Shown: in pieces, positions 52,803 to 62,644 of the stretch | Numbering within the stretch: position 1 is the first letter of the stretch | How the letters are laid out: every line of letters begins with the position of its first letter | Source of the DNA: Azolla caroliniana | Lineage: Eukaryota; Plantae; Polypodiophyta | Direction: 5' to 3' | NCBI GenBank assembly: GCA_043228905.1 | Contig: JBHGNT010000015.1 | Location: forward strand, 7,130,001 to 7,194,000 | DNA: 64,000 bases | Translations under genes and position numbers: made by a program | Notes under the pieces: generated by a model | Seen by the model: only the letters and a program-made list of their open reading frames with translations | Told to the model about the DNA's origin: nothing | The model's database searches: none

Positions 52803-55800
52803 TTAAAAACGACGAGTGTCACGAGTCGTTTTGGATTGAGGACCCGGTTTGTGTGGATATCGACGATGGAAGTCTTCGAGAAGAGCACGAGCATTGGTCA
52901 CATTCTCGATCGGCTCCCAAGTACGCTCGCTGGGACTATATCCTAGCCAATCGACTAGATAGTAGAGCTTGTTGCGAGTAATCTTGGAATCAAGGATGGC
53001 GGCAACCTCGTACTCAGGTCCATCTTCAAGCTCGATCGGGGGTGGAGGTGGTGGAATACGGCCTGGAATGGTGCTTTCGCGATAGGGTTCGAGGAGAGAA
53101 CTATGGAACACCGGATGAATCCGAAGGTGCGGAGGGAGTTCGAGCCGAAAAGCAACATCATTAATCTTCCCGATAATACGGAAAGGACCTAACCGCCGAT
53201 AGTCCAACTTCTCACATGGGCGAGTAGTCTTGACGTGTCGTCGAAGCAGCCATACCCGATCGCCAATGTCAAAACTGGATGGAAGTCGATGACGATCCGC
53301 ATAAACCTTGTGTGCTTGTTGAGCTTGCTGGAGCTGAGTAGATAGATCCGCTTGTATCTTGTGTAATCGCTCCAAACGATCCTCTGCGCAAGGATTCGTG
53401 GGCAATTCTGGGGTTTCAACTACACACCATCGGGGATGACAACCTGTGTAAGCATAAAATGGGGTAACCTTTGTTGAGGAGTGGACGGAGTTGTTATATG
53501 CAAACTCGGCGAAATGGAGAATATCTGCCCAATCATCTTGATGGTAACTTAGAAAACACCGAAGATACTGCTCCAACGTTTGATTTGTTCGTTCTGCCTG
53601 GCCGTCTGTTTGCGGGTGGTAGCCGGAGGAAAGGTTACAAGTCACTTGAAGCATTTTAAAGAAGTGCTTCCAAAACTTCGAAACGAATTGGGGTCCACGA
53701 TCGCTGATGATGCTATCAGGGAGGCCGTGATGCCGACATACTTCGCGCATAACAATCTCGGCGGTTCCTTCACTGGATATTTCTTTAGTACATGGTAGGA
53801 AATGAGCCATCTTCGTATAGCGATCTACGACTGTTAAGATCGCATCGAATCCCTTAGACATCGGGAGGTCCGTGATGAAATCTAGAGCAATGGATTGCCA
53901 CGGCTTACTCGGAATTGGTAATGGTTCTAACAAACCATATGGATGATGCCTTGGCATTTTTGCCCTGCAACATGTATCACAAGTCCGAACAAAATCTTCG
54001 ACAAATTGTCGCATGTGGGGCCACCAGAATGAGCGTTGTACTAAATCTAATGTTTTAGTACTACCAAAATGCCCAGCAGTATATGTATCATGACAGCTTT
54101 GGACTACTTGAAGGCGACCAGTACCATTAGGAACATACAAGAGTGTCTTAAAAAATAGTAATCCATCATGGTATTGGAATTGCCGATAATCCGTACCTGG
54201 TTGTTGCGATTCCGAACAAGATGCTTGAGAGGGATCGATTTGTTTTAGAATGGCTTGGGCGAATGCATCCGTCTTCAAGTCCTCCCGTATGGTATCGATA
54301 ACGCGAGAATCCATGGGCATGTCGAAGATCTGTGCTGCTTGTAGTCGTGCCGGTCCCAAGATGACTTGCTTTTGGTTATCGAAGGCTGGCTCGCCGGGAC
54401 GCGGTGCTAGATATGAACGTCGTGATAATGCATCCGCCTTCCCTTGGTGCTTCCCCGGTCGATAAGTAATTTTGAAGTCGAAACGTGTGAGGAAGTGGGC
54501 CCACCGGGCTTGACGTCGATTCAGCACACGAGCATCCTGAAAGTAGGCAAGGTTCTTGTGGTCACTGAATACAGTGACTGGGTGAGGGGATCCCTCTAGG
54601 AAATGCCTCCATTGCATAAATGAATCCACTATTGCCAAGAGTTCCTTATCATGTATCTCGTAGTTGATTTCGGCGGCGTCAAACTTTCGTGAATGAAAAG
54701 CCACAGGATGTAGCTTCTCGTCATTACCATGTTGTGACAGAATGCTCCCCAATGCGAAATCCGATGCGTCAGCTTCGATAATGAATGGTTTTTCTGGATC
54801 GACATGACCCAGAATTGGAGCTGATGTAAACGCCTTTTTCAGATTCTCGAAAGCCAAGTCTGTTTCTTCAGACCAAATGAACGCTTGCCCCTTTCTGGTA
54901 AGCTGTGCGAGAGGCAGAACGATCCTTGAGTAATCTTGTATGAACTTCCGGTAAAAATTGGCAAAGCCTAGAAAACACTGCACATCCCGCACCGAACGCG
55001 GAGTCTGCCAATCCACCACCGTTTTGACTTTAGCTGGGTCCATGGAGATGCCTTCTGAGGAGATGACATAGCCGAGAAATTCCACCTGGTTGCACCCGAA
55101 ACTACATTTTTCTAGTTTTGCATACAGACCATGTTCTCGAAGTCGTTTTAGTACTGATAGTACATGAGAATCATGCTCTTCCTGGGTCTTCGAATAAACC
55201 AATAGATCATCCAAGTAGATGATCAAAAAATTATCCAACAGGTCTCGGAATATATCGTTTGCCATGTGCTGGAAGACTGCCGGCGCATTAGTGAGACCGA
55301 ACGGCATGACTGTATACTCGAAGTGCCCGTATCTAGTACGAAACGCCGTCTTCCATTCGTCTCCTGGTCGAATTCGTACGAGGTTATATGCTCCTCGTAA
55401 GTCGATCTTCGTGAAGAACCTGGCACCATTGATCCGTTCTAAAAGACTTGAGATAAGGGGCAGTGCATACCTATTCCTGATGGTGACTTTATTTAAGCCA
55501 CGATAGTCGACAACAAGGCGAAGAGATCCGTCCTTCTTCTTGACGAAGAAAATAGGTGCGCCTGCGGGAGATTTTGAATGCCGAATGAAACCATTAGCCA
55601 AATTCTCCTCTATGTAGGCTCGAAGGACTTCTAGCTCCGTAGGTGACAAATTGTAGATTGGCCCCCATGGCGGCTCCTTTCCTGGTTGTAGATCGATGGG
55701 GCAATCGTACGGTCGATGATGAGGAAGTGTGTTGGCTTGTATTTTATCGAACACATCAGCATACTGACGATACTTCTCGGGAAGTTGAACGATGGACTCC

Positions 55801-56342
55801 TCTTTGGTGGTGCTGGAGGGTTGTACTGATATTGCGAAGAGAAACATGTCCTCCTTGTGCCCTTCCTCACGCAACTGATGTAGTGAAATGGTTGCAATCT
55901 TCTGGGTAGATCCTTGGGTTTGTCGAAACTGAATTTTCCTTGTCCTCCAATCTATGTCTGGGTTATGTAACTCAAACCATGGTAATCCTAAAACTATGGG
56001 ATGTTCTGGAATACTAATTATATTAAATGATATTACACATGCTAGATTATCTAGGACAACATTAACGGGCTCTAATTCTTCTATGATATTTCCGGAAGCA
56101 ATGGGACGACCATCAATGACTACTACGGAGGCTGGACACGAGAGTTTTCTAAGAGATATCTGATGAGCTTGGGCAAAATTCTTATCCATAAAGCAAGAGT
56201 TTGCTCCGGAATCTAGGAGTGCTAAGACATGTACTGGAGGGGTACTTTTAGTACTAACGGCTACTTGGGCTACGAACACATTGCTAACTTGCTTAGAGGA
56301 AATGGAACCACTAGTGGGCTGCACAGATCTAGGGCTGTCCAA
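52803..56342 (-). CDS. pol: Pol polyprotein of E (protease, RT, RNase H, integrase, chromodomain), intact
   Basis: 1179-aa open frame: LLDSGA, YLDD, ADASD, HDTYTAGH...CDTC, ISDRGPQF, GPF, EYEVAAILDS...TWEP. Lies in the -1 frame relative to gag. Confidence 0.97.
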   Translation of the reverse strand: MDSPRSVQPTSGSISSKQVSNVFVAQVAVSTKSTPPVHVLALLDSGANSCFMDKNFAQAHQISLRKLSCPASVVVIDGRPIASGNIIEELEPVNVVLDNLACVISFNIISIPEHPIVLGLPWFELHNPDIDWRTRKIQFRQTQGSTQKIATISLHQLREEGHKEDMFLFAISVQPSSTTKEESIVQLPEKYRQYADVFDKIQANTLPHHRPYDCPIDLQPGKEPPWGPIYNLSPTELEVLRAYIEENLANGFIRHSKSPAGAPIFFVKKKDGSLRLVVDYRGLNKVTIRNRYALPLISSLLERINGARFFTKIDLRGAYNLVRIRPGDEWKTAFRTRYGHFEYTVMPFGLTNAPAVFQHMANDIFRDLLDNFLIIYLDDLLVYSKTQEEHDSHVLSVLKRLREHGLYAKLEKCSFGCNQVEFLGYVISSEGISMDPAKVKTVVDWQTPRSVRDVQCFLGFANFYRKFIQDYSRIVLPLAQLTRKGQAFIWSEETDLAFENLKKAFTSAPILGHVDPEKPFIIEADASDFALGSILSQHGNDEKLHPVAFHSRKFDAAEINYEIHDKELLAIVDSFMQWRHFLEGSPHPVTVFSDHKNLAYFQDARVLNRRQARWAHFLTRFDFKITYRPGKHQGKADALSRRSYLAPRPGEPAFDNQKQVILGPARLQAAQIFDMPMDSRVIDTIREDLKTDAFAQAILKQIDPSQASCSESQQPGTDYRQFQYHDGLLFFKTLLYVPNGTGRLQVVQSCHDTYTAGHFGSTKTLDLVQRSFWWPHMRQFVEDFVRTCDTCCRAKMPRHHPYGLLEPLPIPSKPWQSIALDFITDLPMSKGFDAILTVVDRYTKMAHFLPCTKEISSEGTAEIVMREVCRHHGLPDSIISDRGPQFVSKFWKHFFKMLQVTCNLSSGYHPQTDGQAERTNQTLEQYLRCFLSYHQDDWADILHFAEFAYNNSVHSSTKVTPFYAYTGCHPRWCVVETPELPTNPCAEDRLERLHKIQADLSTQLQQAQQAHKVYADRHRLPSSFDIGDRVWLLRRHVKTTRPCEKLDYRRLGPFRIIGKINDVAFRLELPPHLRIHPVFHSSLLEPYRESTIPGRIPPPPPPIELEDGPEYEVAAILDSKITRNKLYYLVDWLGYSPSERTWEPIENVTNARALLEDFHRRYPHKPGPQSKTTRDTRRF

Positions 56343-57401
56343 CCAAACGGCTCCTATTTTGGCTGGACTCAGTCGTTTAACTCTTCTTCTAACTGACTAA
56401 GGACATCAAATTTGTTTGCTAGGTTCGGACTGTAAGTACTATTAGGACTATCATGCACACCTAGGAAAATAGACTCGGTTTTAGTACTGTTAAAACTATC
56501 ATGCGTAGCTAAGGCAATAGACTCAGGTTTAGTACTATTAGTACTAGCAGTAATTTGGTTTACCTGCCTTTTTGGCCTATGGGGACAATTTATTGCAATG
56601 TGTCCTGGTCCACCGCAGTAAAGACATAGTCGATTTGTACGACGTCGCTGCTTTTCCTCTTCGGATAATGGCCCTCGACGACGTGTTGTGTCAATCTCCA
56701 TCGGAGTCGGAGTATTCGCTGGAGGTGTAAGGTATGACTCCCTCGGAAAAGGTCTTGATGTCACTGAGGCGTAGGTGGGCTCCGATCTTGCCCTCGGCAT
56801 CTGTAGTTGTCGTTCCGAACGACGCTCAAATAGACGGTTGTCGCATCTTACCGCGCGACTAATTGCTTCTGTTAAGGACTTCGGCTCTTCGGGGAAGGTC
56901 AAGAGTAAATCCTTGACATCGTTGCGTAAACCGTAATGGAATTGCTCCATTAACGCTTGATCATCCCAAGGAATATCGGCGGCGAGTAGGCGAAAATCTG
57001 CAGCGTATGCGGAGGCTGGACGATCACCTTGACGTAATCGCCGAATTTTGTTGATTGCGGTTCTGATGCTGTCAGTATCTCCGAAACATGCTTTAAACTC
57101 ACCGATAAATTCTTCAAAATTATTGAGCAACGGGGATTCCTTTTCTAATAGGGGAGCGAACCACGCCAACGCTGAGCCACTTAATAAAGTTCCTACTAAA
57201 CCCACTCGTGATGCATCGGTGGGATATCGACAAGGATGCATTTGAATAACTAGTCGTACCTGATTAAGGAACCCTCTAAACTGCGATCGCGTTCCATCAA
57301 ACTTCGTGGGAAGGCCAATCTTGGGTTCTTTATGAGTTCCTTGTGTTGCGGGCCCGTGTTGTTGCATCGCCACGATGGTTGCTTCGAGTTGTTGTACGCG
57401 T

Positions 57402-60400
57402 TGTCGTAGTGTATTTTGTACACTACGTGAAAAACGTATATAGTATTAGATTCAATAAAAAATGAAGAAATAGAAGAAAATAGCAAAATAAATGGAACAT
57501 GCATAGGGCAAGATTCGAACCTTGCACCTCCATGTTAATAATGTAATGTCTTACCATTACACTAGCATTTCATTAGTGTTAAAGCATAGATGTCCCACAT
57601 AGAAAGGTAAATTCACGCTAGGATAAACATTAGAAAAACGCATAACAAAAGAAAAAGCTACACATACACATCTAGCGTGCATTATAAAAAACGCACAAGT
57701 TAGAAAAAAGCATGATCACTTTAGATAAAGCATATAGTCTATCTATAGGAAAAGCATGGGGTCTATAGTTAGAGAAAAAGCATGGATTACTAAGACTTCC
57801 TCATCACTACATAAGGATGGGAAGCACAATGTAATTATGTGTGAAAAATATTTGGAAACTGGATATGTTTCTAAAAAACACCAATTAATAAACTATACTC
57901 GTGGGATTCACGAGAATTCTATATCATTCTCTTTCAACTGAAGTTTATATTCTTATATTCATATTGATTAATCAAATACAATACACTCGTGGGATTCACG
58001 AGTTTGCTATAACTCTTTCTTACAACATATTTATATTCTTATTAGCCTTAAAACTCTCCTCTTCCTAGTCCAAAACCCCAGCGGTTCCCACCCGACTCAC
58101 GCAACGATCCGGAGCCGAAAGGCACGACACAGTTGGTGAACCCGACGTGAAGACGGGTGGCAAGGAGATGGAGAATCAACAAGAGGCAATGAGCATAACG
58201 ATGAGTATGATGTTCGAGCGGATGCTACAAGAACAACGAGTGATGTCGGAGATCACGGGGGCAGTAAAGCGGCTCGTACAACGAAACGGACAATTCAACG
58301 GAAACGATGTGTCACGCTATCTACGTGACTACAAGGCGGAGATGATACGATGTGGGATACCAGAAGGATTGCAAGTGACATCCTTCAGTCGGGTAGCCAC
58401 GGATGAGCTACAAGAGAGAATCCATAAGATACGGCAACAAAACTCGACATGGGGATCATTCGAAGAAGCTTTACGAGAGTCATATGATTACAAGAGATCG
58501 AAGGGACAAGATCCGCGAGAATTCGACGAATGGGTGGCATCGGAGAAGACCCACCGAAGTGCAACACAAGCATTCCTAGAGTTCGAGCATCGTCTTGCTC
58601 AACTCTCGGAGCGGGAACAACGATTGGTGGGGGAGGATAAAGTCCTAATGTTCGTAAAATCGATCGATCGAAAAGAAAGGATGGACATCGGGATCAAACT
58701 CGAAGATGATGACGGTGCGAACGGTCTTACCGAGGATTGGGCCAAAGTCGAAAGGGTATGCCGGAGACATGATGAGAGGAAGATGAGAATCTTGTCAACG
58801 ACATGGCCGATGAAGGATGGTCGATTGAGGAAAAACGATAAAGCCAATATGAAGGCCGAAATACAACATGATGGTACCACGGGAGAAAGAGTGGAACAAG
58901 ACACCCACTCGTCTTGTGAAAGAACGATGGCGAAGGATAAGGCCGATAATTCAAGTGTAGAAGGAAATTTCGGGATACAAGTGCCCGAGACATCGGGTCA
59001 AAAAGGGGTAAGCATAATAGATGTTTGCATAATTGATGCAGATAAAGAGTGTGAAACGGATGTGATTAAGGAGGTAGCCACAAAAGACGAAATCGAATCG
59101 GAGGTGGCTATGGACGAATCAATGGCGGATTGCCATATCGAGACTTCCCCACCACTGATTCTAGAGACTCCGGCGGTTGCGATCGAAAGGCAACGTGAGA
59201 CCGAAGAGACGGAAGGTGGCGGAGAGAAAACGAATGTCGAAGCCGACGAATACGATGAAGAGATAGCCGAGAAGAATGCTAAGGGTGAAACTACGAAAGA
59301 AGGTAATACCGAGGATTCATGCCAACAATATCTAGAGACTTCGGCGGTTGTGTCCGAGAACCAACGTGAGACCGGAGAGACGGGAGATGGCGGCGAGGAA
59401 GGTAAAGTCGGAAGTCGGTTCGGATGGAAAATGATCCATCCGAAATTCCAATCTAAAAGAAAGTGCGACAATGCGGAGGTCGGGTCTACGACGGGAGAAG
59501 CGCGTAATACAGAGCACGCTCTACGGCGAATAAAGAAACGCGTGTTATGGCGAATAAAGAAGCACGCGCTACGGCGAGAAAAGAAGCATGCATTACAACC
59601 ACACGAGGACCGAACAACGAGCACATATCGGAGGACCTACGTGGCGAACAACGGAAAGAAGTGCCGAAAGTCGAACCGGACAAGGCAGGTGAAAACGAAG
59701 AAAAGAAAGCAAATCCGGACGAAAAGAAAAGAAAAGAAACCGACCCGAAAGAGCACTGAATCGGTAAAAACCGATCAACCGAGTCCGGATCGACCGAATA
59801 CAAATCGGAAAGGAAGCCGAACTAAACGAAAGACGATCCGACGAGACCGAATCGGAAGTAAGCTAATCCGACTAATCCGAAAATCCGAAAAGAAGTCGAG
59901 ATTGATGAAGAAAAGAAAGAGGGCAAGAAAAGATACTACCGCGGATGACAAGGACCAAGCGGGCCATGCAAAAAGCGAACGAAGACTATGGTGGATCGGA
60001 TGGCGACAATGGTTCGGGTGGAAAGAATGGGTCTACTCAAAATGGAGAGACAAAGTTGACATAGCGGGACAAACGGAGGATGAAGGAGGAGACTAACAAA
60101 CACCAACAACTTCGGCACATACCGGAGGATGTGCGGGTTTGGAGGGGGCAAGTGTCGTAGTGTATTTTGTACACTACGTGAAAAACGTATATAGTATTAG
60201 ATTCAATAAAAAATGAAGAAATAGAAGAAAATAGCAAAATAAATGGAACATGCATAGGGCAAGATTCGAACCTTGCACCTCCATGTTAATAATGTAATGT
60301 CTTACCATTACACTAGCATTTCATTAGTGTTAAAGCATAGATGTCCCACATAGAAAGGTAAATTCACGCTAGGATAAACATTAGAAAAACGCATAACAAA

Positions 60401-60880
60401 AGAAAAAGCTACACATACACATCTAGCGTGCATTATAAAAAACGCACAAGTTAGAAAAAAGCATGATCACTTTAGATAAAGCATATAGTCTATCTATAGG
60501 AAAAGCATGGGGTCTATAGTTAGAGAAAAAGCATGGATTACTAAGACTTCCTCATCACTACATAAGGATGGGAAGCACAATGTAATTATGTGTGAAAAAT
60601 ATTTGGAAACTGGATATGTTTCTAAAAAACACCAATTAATAAACTATACTCGTGGGATTCACGAGAATTCTATATCATTCTCTTTCAACCGAAGTTTATA
60701 TTCTTATATTCATATTGATTAATCAAATACAATACACTCGTGGGATTCACGAGTTTGCTATAACTCTTTCTTACAACATATTTATATTCTTATTAGCCTT
60801 AAAACTCTCCTCTTCCTAGTCCAAAACCCCAGCGGTTCCCACCCGACTCACGCAACGATCCGGAGCCGAAAGGCACGACA
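57402..60880 (+). mobile_element. Gag-only (pol-less) LTR element A2, intact, 3479 bp
   Basis: 728-bp LTRs at 57402-58129 and 60153-60880 (one mismatch seen); 4-bp TSD GCGT; tRNA-Trp PBS 58134-58151; PPT ggagggggcaag; one ORF fills the internal region. Confidence 0.96.
58168..60096 (+). CDS. Gag-like protein of A2, 642 aa from the first ATG
   Basis: N-terminal FNGNDVSRYLRDY...TWGSFEEAL resembles a Ty3 gag capsid; then acidic repeats, a K/R-rich tract and a Trp-rich motif; no CCHC, protease, RT or integrase motifs. Confidence 0.8.
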   Translation: MENQQEAMSITMSMMFERMLQEQRVMSEITGAVKRLVQRNGQFNGNDVSRYLRDYKAEMIRCGIPEGLQVTSFSRVATDELQERIHKIRQQNSTWGSFEEALRESYDYKRSKGQDPREFDEWVASEKTHRSATQAFLEFEHRLAQLSEREQRLVGEDKVLMFVKSIDRKERMDIGIKLEDDDGANGLTEDWAKVERVCRRHDERKMRILSTTWPMKDGRLRKNDKANMKAEIQHDGTTGERVEQDTHSSCERTMAKDKADNSSVEGNFGIQVPETSGQKGVSIIDVCIIDADKECETDVIKEVATKDEIESEVAMDESMADCHIETSPPLILETPAVAIERQRETEETEGGGEKTNVEADEYDEEIAEKNAKGETTKEGNTEDSCQQYLETSAVVSENQRETGETGDGGEEGKVGSRFGWKMIHPKFQSKRKCDNAEVGSTTGEARNTEHALRRIKKRVLWRIKKHALRREKKHALQPHEDRTTSTYRRTYVANNGKKCRKSNRTRQVKTKKRKQIRTKRKEKKPTRKSTESVKTDQPSPDRPNTNRKGSRTKRKTIRRDRIGSKLIRLIRKSEKKSRLMKKRKRARKDTTADDKDQAGHAKSERRLWWIGWRQWFGWKEWVYSKWRDKVDIAGQTEDEGGD

Positions 60881-62644
60881 GCGTAACGCAAGTTCCCCAT
60901 GCTGTTGCTGCGTTTGCTGTTTTTCTAAGGAGATTTGTTGAAGATCCCCCAGCAACCGTTGGTTTTCTTGTTCCAAAGCATGAAATTTCTCCTTCAAACA
61001 TTGAAACTCCGAAAAAACGGATTGATATTCTTCAGCGCTAACAGTGGCCATGGGATGAAAGAGAAGAGGAATTAAGAGACTAGTAGGAAAGGGGAGAGAT
61101 AAGAGGGAGAGGAAGGGCAAATTGGTTCAAACTGTCAGGAATCAGTAGTAAGACGGAGACGGAATTAGTACTAAACGAAGGATTAGTACTACAGAGAAGG
61201 GATTAGTACTAAACGAAGGATTAGTACTATGAGGGGTGTAGAACTTCTTGAGAGAGAAGGAAGAAGTGAGCGAGACAGAGAGACAGAGAGAGAGAGAAAT
61301 ATATGTATTACGTGAAGAGAATGTACAACTGTGGCTAGAAGGCTTAAGACTGGCGTTGAACCAATTTGGTTCAACATAACGCCTAGTGCCCTCTTTTATA
61401 GTATTTCTAAGAGTAATCCTGAAGCTTCTAGAATGTTCCAGAGAAATCTGGAATATACATCAATTTCTAAAATAAAACATAAATGAAAATAATATCCTAC
61501 AACTTATAATGTATAGTCTAATGGTAAGACCTCGACCCATGTAGCATAAGGTCATGGGTTCGAGTCTTGCCATGACATTCTCTATCTTTTGTGTTAATTT
61601 CTTGAGTCTCTCTCTCAAATTCGTAGTTACCTTGGTCGTTATAATCTATTTTAATTCACAACTCTCTCTAATCTACTTGGTCAAGCCCTCATATTGTGTA
61701 TGGCAATCCTTTGTCTTATACACCCTATCATCAAGTAAGGCTAACTAAGCTCAACCAAATTTTTTTTTTTTTCTTCTATAACAAATCAAATTTAAAAATA
61801 AAAATAAAAAATCCTAAAAAAAGTTATATAAAGGAAAGGCCTCTTCTCATTGTCATTATCGCATTCAAGAAGCAAAAGAGCACAAGAGCATAGAGCATCC
61901 CAAACCTTCCGTTTTCATCTCCCTGGTCAACTCGAGTCGACATCAACAACATGAACAAGGGAAAGAAAATTGCCTAGTATCTTCTTTTAACTCCTTTTTA
62001 AGATTCTCTAAAGATTCCCAAAAGATTCCATTTTATTTTGTTCATTTTTTGCACCGAGAACTCGATGCAGTGCATTGAGTACTCGTTGAATGAGTGTTGC
62101 TTTCAATGGGAATATCGAGTTCCCGTTAAATGAGTGTTGCTTTCAATGGGAACTTAATGTGTTATATGTTTTAGGGTTAGGGTTAATGATAATTATGATA
62201 GCATGATGATTGATGATGAAGATAGACATGGTGCAATAGTGGAGATGATGAATGGGTTGATGGTGAGAGAGAACATGAAGATGTTGACAAGCATTGAGGG
62301 GTGGGGGGGTGGTGCCTAGAATAGCGCCACCCCCCTCCCAAGGGATTTCAACGTAAGGGGAGAGAGAGAGAATTATTCCTTCATTCTTCATTCATTCCCC
62401 ATAAGGGGTTAAATAGTTACAAAAGGGTAGATACACAGGGGTGCAAGACCCCTCGGGCATTCACACCAATCACTCACTCACACCTCTTCGTATCCATCCA
62501 CATGCACACACGTGTGCATGTGTACACATACGTAATTACTCACACTCACAATTACATTTACACATACACATAAACAACATTATAACATTCCACCCTCGCT
62601 CTCCATACATCTCGTATGGTAACACATTATAGATGCACTGCATC

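Larger units (their letters stand above)
56369..61051 (-). pseudogene. gag: Gag of E, interrupted by insertion of A2 (coding pieces 60881-61051 and 56369-57397)
   Basis: MATVSAEEYQ... start; removing A2 and one GCGT restores GELALRVQQLEAT, matching element D; CCHC knuckle present. Confidence 0.93.
52347..61577 (-). mobile_element. Ty3/gypsy chromovirus (Tcn1-like) element E, very recent
   Basis: 445-bp LTRs at 52347-52791 and 61133-61577 with no difference seen; TSD TTCTC; G-run PPT at ~52792-52804. Confidence 0.97.
45963..61733 (+). mobile_element. 3' LTR of gypsy family F, split by hAT 2 and chromovirus E (right end approximate)
   Basis: Begins TGTGAAAGTG after the PPT; pieces 45963-46204 and 52031-52346 resemble the solo LTR at 40141; sequence resumes at 61583. 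Confidence 0.6.

Noticed and set aside
62158-62626. LTR- or MITE-like segment with short inverted ends (TGTGTTA...TAACACA)
   Set aside because: No convincing TSD and no second copy in the window.
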